The position numbers were made by a program, and so were the translations under genes. From an uncultured Elusimicrobia bacterium (GTDB lineage: Bacteria > Elusimicrobiota > Elusimicrobia > 2-01-FULL-59-12), in NCBI GenBank assembly GCA_963702895.1, contig OY969767.1:1386506-1450505 (forward strand): a stretch of 64,000 bases of DNA, written 5' to 3'. The notes under the pieces are model-generated. The model saw only the letters and a program-made list of their open reading frames with translations. It had not been told where the DNA came from and made no database searches. Positions within the stretch are counted from its first letter, which is position 1. Each line of letters begins with the position of its first letter. Below are positions 18,501 to 30,246 of this stretch, one piece after another.

Positions 18501-21500
18501 CGAAACTCAAGACCCGGATTCCGAAATCGCCGTTGAGGAGAAGCCTCTCGTCATCATGGCCGAAGATGACCGCCTGCGCCGGCCGCGTATCTTTGACGAG
18601 ATCACAAAATTCCTTGGTGATGCCTATGCTTATCGCGTCTGCAACGATGGGCTTGAAGCGTGGAAAGTCATTGAGGACGCTATAGCATCCGGCCGCCCCA
18701 TTGCCCTTCTCGTCACCGACATCTCCATGCCCGGAATTTCGGGATCGGAATTGACGGCACGTCTGCTCGCGTTGCACCCATATGTCCCCATCATCATTCA
18801 TACCACCGAAGCTATGGACGACCTCAGACAAGCGTTCATGGACCCCCGCGTTCGAATCGTTGCCAAAGAAAATTACGCTGGCCTTCGAAGCGATATTGCG
18901 GAACTTCTGAAGTTGCCCCCCAACGCCGCGGTCGGTAGCGCGGATTCAGCTCCGATGCCGCAGGATGACCCATCACCCGCCAAAAAGACAACTGAACCGG
19001 CCGCGGGGACTCCTGCAACTCCTGAGCCATCGTCCACAGAACCACAAGCATGGTTGTCGTCGTTCCACGACCAAACCGAAGTCTGGGTGTTCTTCTTGAT
19101 CGGCGCCTCCCTGCTCGCGGCCCAAGGTCACATCTTCCCGGTGACCGCGGACTCCGAGACGATGCCTGTGGGTCTTCCCGTGTTTCTTGGATTGGGGCCC
19201 CCTTACAATTTCATTGTCGGTGCTTTTGATCGGGCCCTCCGCCGGATTTTTCCACCTCTGTTTTCGGGACCGGCTGAAGCGTTCACAAATCTGACGCCGG
19301 AATGGTTTCGAGCGTCCTACAGCGCTTGGCTGCAAACTAAGCGAGGCCGTGCGCTCACGACGGAGGAAGAAACTGAAATTGATCGGTTTGCGCGACTCTT
19401 GGCTCCCCCGCTGAATCCCATACGCGCAGAAAAACCGACCTGGAAGGACGAATGGAACTCTGCGTACCGGTACATTTTTTTAGGGCAACCTTTGGACCTC
19501 AAGTCAAAGCGCGCACCAGCGGAAAACGCGACCTCCCTTGGTGAATTGAACGACGCGCTGAAGATTATCGACGGCTACCCCCGCCTATGTTTAACGGCTG
19601 CCCCCTTGGCGTTTAAGATCCTTCAGGCGCGGGGCTTTTCCGTTCGAAGGGTGAGACGGACGAGATTCGAGGGGATCGTTGAACACGAGTATGTCGAAGT
19701 CGAAGTGGCGGGGCAGTGGCTCATTGTTGATTTGGTGGCGAGCCAATTCGGCATCTTGCAAACCTGGGGTGTTGTCGCGATCCCGAAAGAAATCGCGACA
19801 TCCGAGCCTGCCGTGCAGATCTACACGTACGGGGAAGCGGTCGTAAAGGAACAGGCCTTGCTGCCATCCAACCCTGAGACCCCAGGTGTTAGCGATAGCC
19901 GCGATCTCATCGGACTTGACGCGGTACGGTTTGTTCTATCGAATCAGATGGGACGGAGACTCCCCGAGACCACCATTCAAGAATTGACCAGCTACATCGA
20001 AGACTTCTTAAGGGCGCATCAGCTGGAATGGTTGCTGGACCGTGCCAGCATCACGGAGACACGACAGGGGGTGCGGGACAGCACCTCGGAGCTCCATGCA
20101 GGGCACCAAAACCAAAACAGCCTCGACTGGGTCGAACCCGCGCTGGCTGCGCGCGGCGCCTCCAGGGACACGATCTACCAGCTCAGGTACACTCTGCCTG
20201 GACGATCTCCTCGTAACACTCACGCCGTTTATGAAGCGGTGTCTGCTCTCCTGTTGACGCTCGTGCCGGATGACGTGCCAGTCTATCGCTGGATCGAGCC
20301 CGCCCATGCTGGCCTCCCGGGCGGCGACAGCATGCGAAGCTATTGGGCCGTTGCAACGGCCCAAAACAACAAAGACTTTGCCCATTCAGGCCGTATCCTT
20401 CTTAAAAGCTATTTTGGACGCCTCAGGCAGACAGGCGTCTTGGTTGACGATACGGGCGTTGACTTCCCAGCCATCTCTCTGATCCATGATCGAAGAAACG
20501 GCCTTGTTTCGCATGAGGTTGTAACTCCTCAACTCGTGCAACCTGGTCCCACCGCATCCACGCTTTCCTCTGCTTTCTCAATACTGGCGGTCTGGTTGCC
20601 CATCCTGATCGGCGCCTCCCTGCTCGCGGTCCAGATGGCATCCGGCCAGTTCTTCCCGGGAGCCGCACAACCAGAAGCCCTGCAGGCGGGCGGCGCGGCC
20701 ATGGGGCTGGGCTGGCTCTTCTTGCGTTTGATGGATCTGGTCTCTGCGCCTGAAGGACGCCACGTGGATCCAAGCCCGTCCAGGACGGCGAAAACCCAGG
20801 CGGCCGATCTGGGAATAGTCTTCAAGCCCCATCTGCTTGAACAATTGCGATATGCGCTCCAAGGCCCCCGTATCGAAGTTTTGAAACGGTTGTTGGAGTG
20901 GGCGGAAGGGTCCGAACTGCGAGGATTGTATCTTCGCACTACCCTGATGCAGCTTGTCGAGGACAATCCCTCATTCGGGGATCGCTTTCATCAAAAAACG
21001 CTTGCCTTGTTCCGGGAGCTGCGCTCGACACCGACACGTTCGACGGTGCAGTACCTGGCATCCCTATTCACGAAAGACAGTACCGCAGGGGTATGGCTAA
21101 AAAACAACCGGATATTCTTGTGGGACGCCACTCACACCTTCGAAGGTCGAATCAATGTGCGGTATTCCCTAAGCTCCGGCCAACGTCAAGCCTTGGTCGG
21201 CGATCTTCTTGTCCCGGAGTCCGGCTCCACCTTCCTGCTGGAATCGGTCCGGGAGGTCTTGAACGACAACCGTATTGGCGATGACGATTTGAACTATCCG
21301 CTGCAGGTAACAATGATTCAGGAAGGGCTTCGTCAAAAGGTTTACGCCGTGTTCGTCGAATTGAAGGACGGCCGAATGGCGCCGTTTGTCATATCGGTGC
21401 CCCAGAGCGTGAAGCAGAACAACATGGTCAGGAAGGAATTCGAATACTTGCGCCTCCACATAGGTGATCCGCATGCTTTGAGCGTCCTTCGATTAGGGTC

Positions 21501-22467
21501 TGTCAAGCTGGGCGGCACTAAATTCTATGTTTACAGCAGTCTTTTTCTTGACCGATATTCCGAAGTGGTCTACCACCACCGGAGGGCTGGTCTCTTTCAA
21601 AGTAGCCCGGGAGCGTTTCTAGCAACATCCTCGCAGCCACCCCAAACGGTGAGGCTGACCCCCTACGACGCAGCGCGAGTTCTTTCCAAAATTGTCGCCG
21701 TCCTGGTTCATTTTTATGATCCGGAAAAACGCACCATGCTGGGCGGAGTTGATGTGCCTGCCGGAGATTTCAACTTCCCGGATTCCGCGTTCCTGGATTT
21801 CGAGCCGCGAACAGCCACCGTCATTGACACAGACCAACCGGTGAAACTGATCGCCTGGCGGTCCATCGCCCATGGGGTCGACCCAGCAGCATTTATTGAT
21901 TACGTCCTGAGCCTGCGCTATTTGAATTCCAATCCCAGGCTCATTGATTTTGACAGCAACCTCAAAATCGGTGTCCTTGCAGGATTGCGAAGCGGGCTGA
22001 TTGCGCGGTACGGATACGAGGAAGGCCAGCGAATACTAACACGCTGGTTCCAGGCGTATGCTGATGCCGTTGATCAGGACCGGTTTATAGAAAATGGATT
22101 TTTCCAACTTGATGCGCTGCACGGATTCCTGGAGCAGCTCACGGCTCCCAACTCCGGGAAAGCCGGCCCTCGACCCGAGCCGGCGGTTCGCTCTTCCCGC
22201 GCCGGCAAGCTTATCGGCATCCTCTTGATCGCTGGTGCCGCGGCTGCCGCACGTCACGCTGTCCCGGGAATCATCGACATCGGCGCGGGTTCCGATTTGA
22301 TCGGCCGGATTGCCGGGACAGACCTGTTCGCTGGCTCGGCAGTTACTCAGGCCGGCGGCTTGGGCGTGGCGTTGGGCTTGCTCATGGCTTATGGCCTGGG
22401 CGCGCTGAGCCGCCGCTTGGCAAAGAACCATCCCGCTCGTCAACGGGCCTTGGGGCGGGCGGCATGA
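15523..22467 (+). CDS. Giant mosaic protein 1 (~2314 aa): signal-like leader, ICMT-like methyltransferase, CheY-like receiver, transglutaminase-like domain, four hydrophobic-hairpin modules
   Basis: Uninterrupted ORF. Start taken at MIPFIFQRFVALLLVPSLLVDPLTAAA, with GGAG 9 nt upstream. ICMT/PEMT motif …YQWVRHPIYMGYF…EE..L…FGDLYRDY (≈18196-18440). Receiver D…TDISMPGISG…K (≈18541-18915). C/H/D transglutaminase-like core (≈19571-19760). C-terminus …TQAGGLGVALGLLMAYGLGALSRRLAKNHPARQRALGRAA. Confidence 0.8.
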   Translation: MIPFIFQRFVALLLVPSLLVDPLTAAALSNESPRPVDLAAARGVNFLNQALMERLTGAEFHPAASPKHISVVKDLIQRLREAAKGKVQGGSSTDHPSSGKVGHGDTAGSVNGNGMSRRDLLKQSALALMVQNLPAAAQAALEAVPMKRRTAFIQFLSAFQQTLEALPREVRDYHQDPDLQMGAGKFGELADAIRSLRAQGASSGFSSGALGDLQDIFKFLQGSVRQQVASPEWQTRFAPETLRMLQLAASSPNDFELEYRVGLSCRWLESNGIQVSREAALQSARDAVVTGQEPLGDYLQKWLTPLVSERVAPTVAQEAQQLARLGANPIQTADAFAVEFIREFQKHPGNAFWPNPDKFQKYVHGQARLKALDAFRSSVSELGTTLAKAGVRIDGGFVSAYSNDDWGFNKWMKDPAAYIQEIRRITWTSHVRGMMLQRLEEKRSRYNHVAYQRLRDSIFDIQDEGLDLDADPDTLFHQLESAMDAEGINRLPAIPANRVPPPMSQVKAPGGVPADLDSLVKDIAERATATDVEVRVFMDAKGAVRFFDIRPLDPNVRGLLRTLRGADLPFLKKRNGRPGWRYGMRISKGTPASKIKSRLLSGLDSGLWLDFYTAPQHDGSRLLPAQEPQASEPLLAPRMSIFSGPEWFERWGAPLESVMVGALASGIPALLLLLVGVDSSAPTVLNEAVLLPAMALLILTLGQWLAVDLYSGRHPLDRREAWDRLIRNGTWLRTPPQKVHGWATRIALGAGAAALLLQATPVLPLSLASYLAVVAGTYTLTHLAVHFHHNLTHDSDLRMSLRPAVRPPLNIPIMESLRERWKSILIAALSPLPFYLIPRIIQRLMKWPFPSDLEFMITLLFGFAIGMAGMIIYETAAHTLKSQRGAGTEPSGPLVTQGLYQWVRHPIYMGYFLAYGGILSMFSSLITTVPLFVVLPSVVYYCVDKAGAEETHLHARFGDLYRDYARRTPSFFPFRLPRLRLMSATAPAVDGQHETQDPDSEIAVEEKPLVIMAEDDRLRRPRIFDEITKFLGDAYAYRVCNDGLEAWKVIEDAIASGRPIALLVTDISMPGISGSELTARLLALHPYVPIIIHTTEAMDDLRQAFMDPRVRIVAKENYAGLRSDIAELLKLPPNAAVGSADSAPMPQDDPSPAKKTTEPAAGTPATPEPSSTEPQAWLSSFHDQTEVWVFFLIGASLLAAQGHIFPVTADSETMPVGLPVFLGLGPPYNFIVGAFDRALRRIFPPLFSGPAEAFTNLTPEWFRASYSAWLQTKRGRALTTEEETEIDRFARLLAPPLNPIRAEKPTWKDEWNSAYRYIFLGQPLDLKSKRAPAENATSLGELNDALKIIDGYPRLCLTAAPLAFKILQARGFSVRRVRRTRFEGIVEHEYVEVEVAGQWLIVDLVASQFGILQTWGVVAIPKEIATSEPAVQIYTYGEAVVKEQALLPSNPETPGVSDSRDLIGLDAVRFVLSNQMGRRLPETTIQELTSYIEDFLRAHQLEWLLDRASITETRQGVRDSTSELHAGHQNQNSLDWVEPALAARGASRDTIYQLRYTLPGRSPRNTHAVYEAVSALLLTLVPDDVPVYRWIEPAHAGLPGGDSMRSYWAVATAQNNKDFAHSGRILLKSYFGRLRQTGVLVDDTGVDFPAISLIHDRRNGLVSHEVVTPQLVQPGPTASTLSSAFSILAVWLPILIGASLLAVQMASGQFFPGAAQPEALQAGGAAMGLGWLFLRLMDLVSAPEGRHVDPSPSRTAKTQAADLGIVFKPHLLEQLRYALQGPRIEVLKRLLEWAEGSELRGLYLRTTLMQLVEDNPSFGDRFHQKTLALFRELRSTPTRSTVQYLASLFTKDSTAGVWLKNNRIFLWDATHTFEGRINVRYSLSSGQRQALVGDLLVPESGSTFLLESVREVLNDNRIGDDDLNYPLQVTMIQEGLRQKVYAVFVELKDGRMAPFVISVPQSVKQNNMVRKEFEYLRLHIGDPHALSVLRLGSVKLGGTKFYVYSSLFLDRYSEVVYHHRRAGLFQSSPGAFLATSSQPPQTVRLTPYDAARVLSKIVAVLVHFYDPEKRTMLGGVDVPAGDFNFPDSAFLDFEPRTATVIDTDQPVKLIAWRSIAHGVDPAAFIDYVLSLRYLNSNPRLIDFDSNLKIGVLAGLRSGLIARYGYEEGQRILTRWFQAYADAVDQDRFIENGFFQLDALHGFLEQLTAPNSGKAGPRPEPAVRSSRAGKLIGILLIAGAAAAARHAVPGIIDIGAGSDLIGRIAGTDLFAGSAVTQAGGLGVALGLLMAYGLGALSRRLAKNHPARQRALGRAA

Positions 22468-22518
22468 TCCAACTCCTTGCCCGGACCCTTCGCAGAGATG
22501 CAGAAAATCCAGGTTTTT

Positions 22519-25500
22519 ATGCATAGGACCATCCGAAGATCCGCTGCCGTCCTTTTGATTGTCTGCTTGGTGGTCGATCCGGCAACGGCGGCCGCTTTTT
22601 CGAGCAGCCCCCCCCTCTTGCCGCGGCCGTTGGCCAAAAGGTGCCCTCCCATTCCGCGTTTGAAACCCAAGCCCTGACTTTGGTCCTGGCGGCCAGCATC
22701 TTCTTCGGCGCGGCGCTCCATTCTCCCGGGCATCCGCCGGTGGCCAAGACCGTCGCGATGCTTCCGGCGGAAGATCGGACCCGCTCCCTGGGCGCCAGGC
22801 GAAAACGCAGGCCCCGGGGTCCGCGTTCTGCGGACGATGTTGCGAGGGCTCGTCCCCAACGGGTCAGATCAACAGCGGCAGATTTTGTGAGGCAACAAGC
22901 CGCTGCCGGTCGCCTCGCCGAACTCCCCTATCGTCACAAGCTGATACTGACGGAACGATTCATCAAAGGGACATCTACGAAGAGGTTTGCTGTTCTTCAT
23001 GACATGACAGTAACGGCGGTCATAAGCGCAACCAGAACAGCCTTATTGGAATTGCGTCGATTGGTCAAGCCCGCCGCAGTTGAGCCCGCAGGATCTGGAG
23101 ATAACGGTCGCGCCGCACCCGCGCCTTCGGTCACGCACGCAGCAGACGCTGGAAACGCTGCCGGAACATCTCTTCCGGCAATTTCTCAGGATCAGCAATC
23201 CATCCTCGTCATATACCCTAACCTGAAACTCCTCCGCATCATGCATCCACCTGTCAAATCTGCATTGGATGATAACGGGCAGGACAGCCTGAGCCAGTTG
23301 ACCGTACCTCAAGACCCTGAGCTTTTGGACAAATTGGGCATCGATCCTACAGAGCTTCACATCGTCATTGCCGGATCAACAGTGGATGTGCTGAAGATCC
23401 CCTCCAGCGATTGGTGGGTTTCTCACGACCCTCAAGTAGAGCAAGTCAAATTTCTTTGGATTCTGGTGCGCTCCTTGACCAACGAAAAGGGTTTGGTCGT
23501 GATCTCCCCGTGGAGTGATATCACCGATGCTCGCACGCAACTTCAAGCACTGAAAAAGGCTTATTCCTTGACGGGGCGAATAGAACGCTCCCCGCAAAAT
23601 GACTATCCGACGCGCGACAAAGACGTCATCGTACGGCGGCGGGTGCGAGTCCTGGCCGTTGGGCCTGACTCGGACGCACCGTCGGAAACCGCGTTTCAAC
23701 TCTTGAGAGTCAACACGAATCCAAAGTTGAAAGAAAAGGCAGATTTGGACTGGAAAGTCATCCAAACCCTCCAGACCTTCCAGGGAGACAGGCTCTCAGA
23801 GTTATGGGATGTGCTGAAGGCTCAAAAGATCCAATGCGATCTGGACAGCTTAAGGGCCAGCTTAAAGCGTATCACGACTCTCACAAATGCTGCACCTAAT
23901 GAGATTCAAAGGAGCAGGGAGTTTGATCGGGGCCCAAAGAGGCAGAGGACCCGCTTGCCCGCACAGAAACCGCTGATCTTTAAATCGGACTTGTCGGAAG
24001 AAGCCCTTGCTGCCTACACCGAAAAGGTTCCGGTTTTCGAGCGTCAGATTACGTACCAAGAGTTTGTGACACAGAACTATGACCCCGATCGCCGCTTGGA
24101 GGAGATTACACGTCAACTTCCTGGGTGGAACTCCCCTGATCGTGTTTCCATCCCGATACTTGTTAACCATCTTCTGAAGAATGCATTTTTCCCGTTTCCG
24201 GACCGGTCCAATGACCGGCAAGCTCACGTGTCCATGGAAATCAGCATGCTTGAGCCGTCGGATCCAGAAGAGCCCAGGGTCGTGAATATCCGCATCCGTC
24301 AACCTTCGAGCACGCAGGCGGATTGGAATCGGTTGGAAGTCAATCATCGTGGATGGGTGAATCATGATCTCTTTTATTTCGCTCGCCCCGAATTGCGCGG
24401 CGACGAAGGCGCTCTGAGACCCGCTGGTCCTTCAAATCCAGCCGGAACAGGTCATGGGCTTTTGTTAGTCGCCCGGGTCTTGGCTGAGACACCTGCCTTA
24501 TTGAAATTCACGCGCAGTTCCGATCCTCCATACTCCTTACAAACCGATCTGTACATCGCGTTAAGGGACCGCGGGACGCCCCGCCCGAACGTCTCGGCCG
24601 GCAGACTGGCGATCTGGCTCCCCTTCCTGCTTGTCGCGGCCGCCGCAGCACAGATCGTGCTAGGCCACTTCTTGCCGGAAGCCGGTCAGCCGGCCTTGCC
24701 TGTCCTGCAGGCCGGCTTCTCGAGCATTCTCGGGCTGGGAGCATTGCTGACAGCGGCCTTTCAGCCGCGATACGCCCCGGAAGGCGGCGGGTCAGGCTCC
24801 GGAGATAGCGCACCGGCCAGCGGTGTTGCCGCAACGGACGTCGTGAGCAAGCTGCAAATATATGGCGTCCCGGTTGAAACGGATTCGCGCGGTACTTACG
24901 TGTCCCCGTCGCAAATGCCCCAGGCACCCTGGGTGATGGACCGCATGCGGGATCCGGAACAAGGAGCCCTCTATCCCATCCATGATATCCCCTCCCTGAC
25001 GCTGAGTTTTCCACTGCATGAGCTCCCGGCACTTTCCAGGGACAGCCTTTCGATAAACTCAAGCGGTGTGTTCCTCGGCTTCGTAAATGAACTGGATCAT
25101 CCTGTGGCCATTAAAGTTTTGAACCGAGATCAGGGAGATACGGAACTCATGAACGCTCAAATCCTTGGCCGGATTGGGGGCAACCCCGCTTTCTACGGCG
25201 TGATTCGCCTCTCCGACGGAGGGCTGGCCTATGCCATGCAGGCGGTTCGCTGCCTCCCCCTGGCCGAAAGCCTCGATTCGCAAGACAAGCAGTACTTGGC
25301 TGAACGTGAGCTCCTGAAAAAACGCGCGATGACCCTGGCCGGCATATCGCTGATCGCATTTCGCAGAACACCGGAAGGCCACGCCATCGGCATCGACGCG
25401 GGGGATGCCGGCGTCGTCGATGCAATAACCTACGGCCGTTACATCGCTGAACGGACCGCGGCCGCCCCCAAACGGAACGTCTGGATGCCGATCCTGATCG

Positions 25501-28500
25501 CCGTGAGCGCGGCCGCGCACATGGCGCTGGAGCACCTTCAATCTTCGATTCTTGGGTTTGGTCTGCTCAACGGACCGATCGACATGGCCGGGTTAGATTG
25601 GTTCGCCGAAGCGATGGTCTCTCAGGCGGGCGGGCCGGCGATCGCGCTGGGCTTTCTCGCTTGTGCTTTGTTTCAGAGGCTATGGGCGCCGGCTGATCGC
25701 GGGTACGGCTCGGGCGACACCAGCCCTACCACTACACCAGCCGAGAATGCCACTTCGCCTGCCCCGACCTTCCGGTCGGCCGGGGAATTGTTCGGAAGCA
25801 CTGTTCTCGACAGGCACCCGGGTGCCGCGTTGGGTGATCCGGCGCCGGAAGCAACCCCCTCGCCAGGATACACCCGGCCTTTGGACCAAGCCACGTTGGA
25901 TCGGGTGGCCGCTCTTTTGGAACGCCGGGGACTTGGTTTTCTGCGACGCGTTGTGGGCATCACCAGGGTCCAAGTGACGGAAAAGCACGCTGCTCTTTAT
26001 CTGATTAGGTCCACCATCCAACACCTTCTATTCACGAAGTCGATTTTCCAGGAAATTATCGTTCCGGATTTCGAGACCAACAAGATGCTCACGAGGATCC
26101 TCGCCCGCCTCCATGAACTGTTCGACCCTGTGACTCTGCTCAACAGCTTGTCGCAAACGGATGTCTATCAGGACTTGCCCGAACCGATCCGCCAGCGCTT
26201 GGCGGAGGCGCGCAAGCAGTTACCGCCTTCAAGAACGATGTCGGAGTCGAATCAAGACACGCTCCGGCTCATCGTCACAATCGGACTCTTGCACGAGCTC
26301 GGCAGGGTCATCTGGGATTGGATGCGACAGCTGGGGGATGATCCGCCAGGCATTGACGAGGAGGAACTGGCTGCCGACAAGCTGAACGAGTGGAGACGAC
26401 TGGCAGACGCGGCGGACCCGGACCTCTTGTGGGTCCGCGCCGCACTCAACGCGTACGGGCCGGGCCGACGCGAAGATGGCAGCAACACTTTTCCCGCCCA
26501 GCTCTTTGCCGAAAAGTTCGCCGTGTGGGCGTATCCGCCATTGTCCCGTTACTTTGGCGTGAAGCTTTCCGAAAAAGAGACCCAATTCTTTGACGAGCTT
26601 GCCATTTTCCTTCAAGCCACGACGGCGCAGCCCGGCCCCATTGTGCCGGCCGGCGTGTCAGACTTCTCGGTTGACATATTCATCGCCGGCGTGGTGCTGG
26701 ATTCCCCCGAGGGGGAGAAGGTCGCAGCGGCGAGCAAGGCGTATCATGCGGCCAAGGAGGTCGTGACGCGATTACAGAATCAACACCGTTCCAAAGGTCA
26801 CTCACCTATTCACGGGGACAGAGACCTCGAGGAAAGGACTCTTGTCGCCCGTACCCGGGACATGCAAACACGAGAGCGTGAACTGCGCGAGGCTTTGGCC
26901 GCTGCCGCCCATTCGGAGCAACCGCATTACTTCAATGGCGTGCTGAACGCGCTGGTGAGGTTGTTTGTCGCCGGCCAATTGCCCGCGGACGACCACACGT
27001 TCGAAGACTTTCTGCGGCAGAACCGGGAGGTCAAAGAGAGCCAGGATGCGTGGATCCAGGATCACCGGGACAGCGAAGAGGGCGTCTTCAGCCTTAAGAC
27101 ATTACGGTTCGTTGCGTGGAAAGCCGTTCATGCAGCTCTATTGACGAAACTGCATCGGGATAATGGAGAGGCCATGTGGCACGCCCTGCAAAGAGTCGAG
27201 CAAAGGCTTAAGGCGTTACCGAAAAAGGAACGAAGCGAGCTCATCAAAGACAAAGCATTCATTGAAGGTGTGAAGAGCTATGCCCGCAAGGCTGGCGCCG
27301 ATGTGCACGCAGAGTGGAACAGTACCTCTCAGGAAGGCATCGCCGGCGTGGTCATAGGACCCTCCCAGACCAACCGATCAGCTGTCGCGAGGAGCGACGC
27401 GGCCCCCGCCGCTGGCGATACGGCAGGCGATGAGAAGGTCAGCATCTCTCTGGATGGGGCCGCCACCCTAAGGACCCGCTCTAGCGCGCTCGCCATTCAA
27501 GATCTGTTGCACCCTGCCATTCCCATCCGTGTGATGAACGACGAAGCGGGACGGCTGGTCTCCGGTCGAACACAACTCTGGACGGTCTGGGACACTCCAT
27601 TGGATAAGTTTGAGACCGATCTCGACTTTCATATTTTGACGTATCTCAAGACTCTTTTGGAACGTTATCCGGGCCGCCGGATCACGGTCGTGGATTGGGG
27701 GTGCGGATCGGGGAAGGCGATCAGCGAACTTGCCCGCCTAGCCAAAGAGTTGAGCCCCAACCTCCGACTCATCGGTTATTCGGACCAGATTTACCGTGAT
27801 TGGAATGAGGCTCCGGAGAATGTCACTTTCATTCTGGACACAGCAGACCAGCTGCCTGGTTATTTCAATGATGGAGACATTGACCTCGTCGTCAGTCATC
27901 ACGGATTCTCCAAGCTCGGGGCGGACTATATTGGGCACCTGCGCCAGATGCACGGCCGAATGGCACCCCATGGAATCATTCGCCATCACAATGCGGGCTG
28001 GAGCATCAGAATCCATCAGGCACTTCCCGAGTACAGCATCCGATACTTTCCCTCGAAATGGCGGCGTCATGTGATTGAATTTGCCCCACTCCTGGTTCAT
28101 TTAGACCCCGCACTCGCGTTGGACCAAGAGGCCCGGAGAGGAGAAAAGCACGCTTCTCCTACCCCAAAGGCAAATGAGACTCAGACTCAGCCCGCGCCCT
28201 TTCTTCTGCAGGCGATTGAACACCATCAGCCAGACGACACGTTTCCCCTTATCCATCTTCGCTCCAGCAAGACGAAGGAACCTTTCCAAATACGACTTCG
28301 GCAATGGAATCCTTTGGATTTTAGTATTGAAGCTTCGGGCCGCCCCATCGGGGAGCTCAGGCTGAAACGGCTGTCCAATGCATTGGAGCTCAGCAGGATT
28401 CAACTGTATGAAAGATATGAACGCCGCGGTATTTCGGACGCCGTCATCCAGTGGCTTTCCGGTCAATTGGATGAGCGGCACCCCGCGCTCGAGCTCTCCA

Positions 28501-29921
28501 CCCGCAAAGCGAATGTGCGGTCCAGTCTCGTGCGCCATTTCAGCGACGTGCAAATACGAACCCACGCGGGATACGTGCCCTTATCAGATCTTACAGGCCG
28601 GCTCCAGTTCGGCTTCAAGCGCCTTCGACGCTTCCGCGCCATGCAGCCAAAACAGCCAATTGACGAACCATCGGTTGCCACGCCGACATCCGACATCAGC
28701 CTCAAGACCACCAGCATTTTTGTCGCAGGGATCCTGCAGGCCCCCCTGTGGGGGTATGGTCTGAGCCATATTCTTAGCGGGACTCCGGGTCTTTCCATGG
28801 GACACCTGCTCATTGGCGCAGGGTGGTCTTCGCTTCCCATCGCGACAGCTCTTTTTCTGACTGGCGGCTTTCTGGCGGCCGTGATTCCACTATCCCCTCC
28901 GAATCCTGCGGACAAGGTCCGCCTGTTGGGCTCTCAAGGGAAATGGCCGGGGGATGCGCTCCTTGAGGAGCTGGTCCGACTCGTGCAAAAAAAGCCGTCT
29001 ATGAAGCAGCAAGATATTCAGTGGAGGGGTTACCGGATCACCGAGATCCTTTGGCAAATTCTCGATCAGCACCTGGGTTTTGACGGCCACACCATTATCT
29101 ACCCGGCCGGCGGGGCTGATGGATTGCCATCACGCTTTGCGGACACGATTGTGCTCAATCGCGACAGACTGGAGAATCAAGCACGCGAGACTTTCAGTCT
29201 GCCCAAGCCTGGGACACACCGTCTCACCTATCTCACGCTGGACGCGGCCAGTCCTGCCAATTACAACCAAGTCCGCTCCGACATCAAAACCCCGCAAACA
29301 ACGTTACTGCTCAAGGGTCTCGAATGGATGCTCCCAACATCGAAGTTCTTTGTTCGGCGTTTGCGCGCGATTTGTAATGTCTTGCAACCGAATCGGGTGA
29401 TCATCCTGCGCCGTGAGGATGCCGCTGCCGTGGTGCCTGTTCTTGCCGGCCTGGGCTATCGAGAGCGGACGGATTGGATTGATCGGACGCGCAAGAGAGT
29501 TCTTGAAGCGATCTTTAACTATATGTCCATATCGGTGCTGGATGAGGTTCAAACGCCATCCGGCCCCACGTTCATGATCCCCAATACAATCAGACTGTTT
29601 GAAAGGAATAAGGGTCAACAGACCATGGCCGATCGAACGCCGCGGCATCGGGCCAATCGAAAGACAATCGCGCTTTTGGCCGCGGCGACACTCGACGGCG
29701 GGCTCTTGGCCTGGGGCTGGGGCCACGTTCTTGACGGAGCGCAAATGCCGCTCGTCACCCAGGCCGCGTTCCTGGCGATGCCTACGTTCTCGTTGAGCAC
29801 CGCCGCAGCGCTCTTCCTGGCCGGCGGCGCGCTTGTGTCGATCATAACGAAACAGACTCGTATATCGAGAGAATTTAACCGCCCATCTCGCACACCCAGC
29901 CCGTTTCGCCAAGCCGCTTAA
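22519..29921 (+). CDS. Giant mosaic protein 2 (~2465 aa if the frameshift is corrected): leader + class-I SAM methyltransferase + hairpin modules; +1 frameshift at poly-C 22608-22615
   Basis: The leader MHRTIRRSAAVLLIVCLVVDPATAAAFS is in frame 1 (ORF 22477-22677). The body is in frame 0 (22641-29921). Inserting one C in the C8 run restores a continuous ORF (…AAAFSSSPPPLAAAVGQKVPSHSAFETQ…). MTase motif ITVVDWGCGSGKAI (≈27680-28000). Confidence 0.7.
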
Positions 29922-30009
29922 ATCACCCCCATCTTCGACTTCTCCGTAGCCGCACAGCCCGCACGAAACGCTTCAACAGGAAAAGATATAATCTTACTGA
30001 TGCGACTTT

Positions 30010-30237
30010 TTGGAGGTGTCTATGTTTGATCGAATCACGTTTGACGCAAACATTATGGGCGGACGAGCCTGCATTCGCGGAATGCGGATTCCTGTTTCGG
30101 TGATCGTCGGGCAGGTGGCGCATGGAGCGACAGCCCGAGAAATCCTGAAAGGCTATCCTGACCTCAAAGAAGAAGACATCAAGCAGGCCATGGAATATGC
30201 CGCCTGGCTGACTCAGGAAGAAGTGCACACGGCCTGA
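30010..30237 (+). CDS. DUF433 antitoxin-like protein (second copy)
   Basis: 75-aa ORF, …GGRACIRGMRIPVSVIVGQVAHGATAREILKGYPDLKEEDIKQAMEYAAW…. Paralogous to 9305-9535. Confidence 0.7.
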   Translation: MEVSMFDRITFDANIMGGRACIRGMRIPVSVIVGQVAHGATAREILKGYPDLKEEDIKQAMEYAAWLTQEEVHTA

Positions 30238-30246
30238 GGACGAACC

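Noticed and set aside
22477-22677. Calling the 66-aa ORF a separate small gene
   Set aside because: Its sequence is the conserved leader of the giant family. It is joined to the downstream 2.4k-aa frame by a single-nucleotide homopolymer shift.
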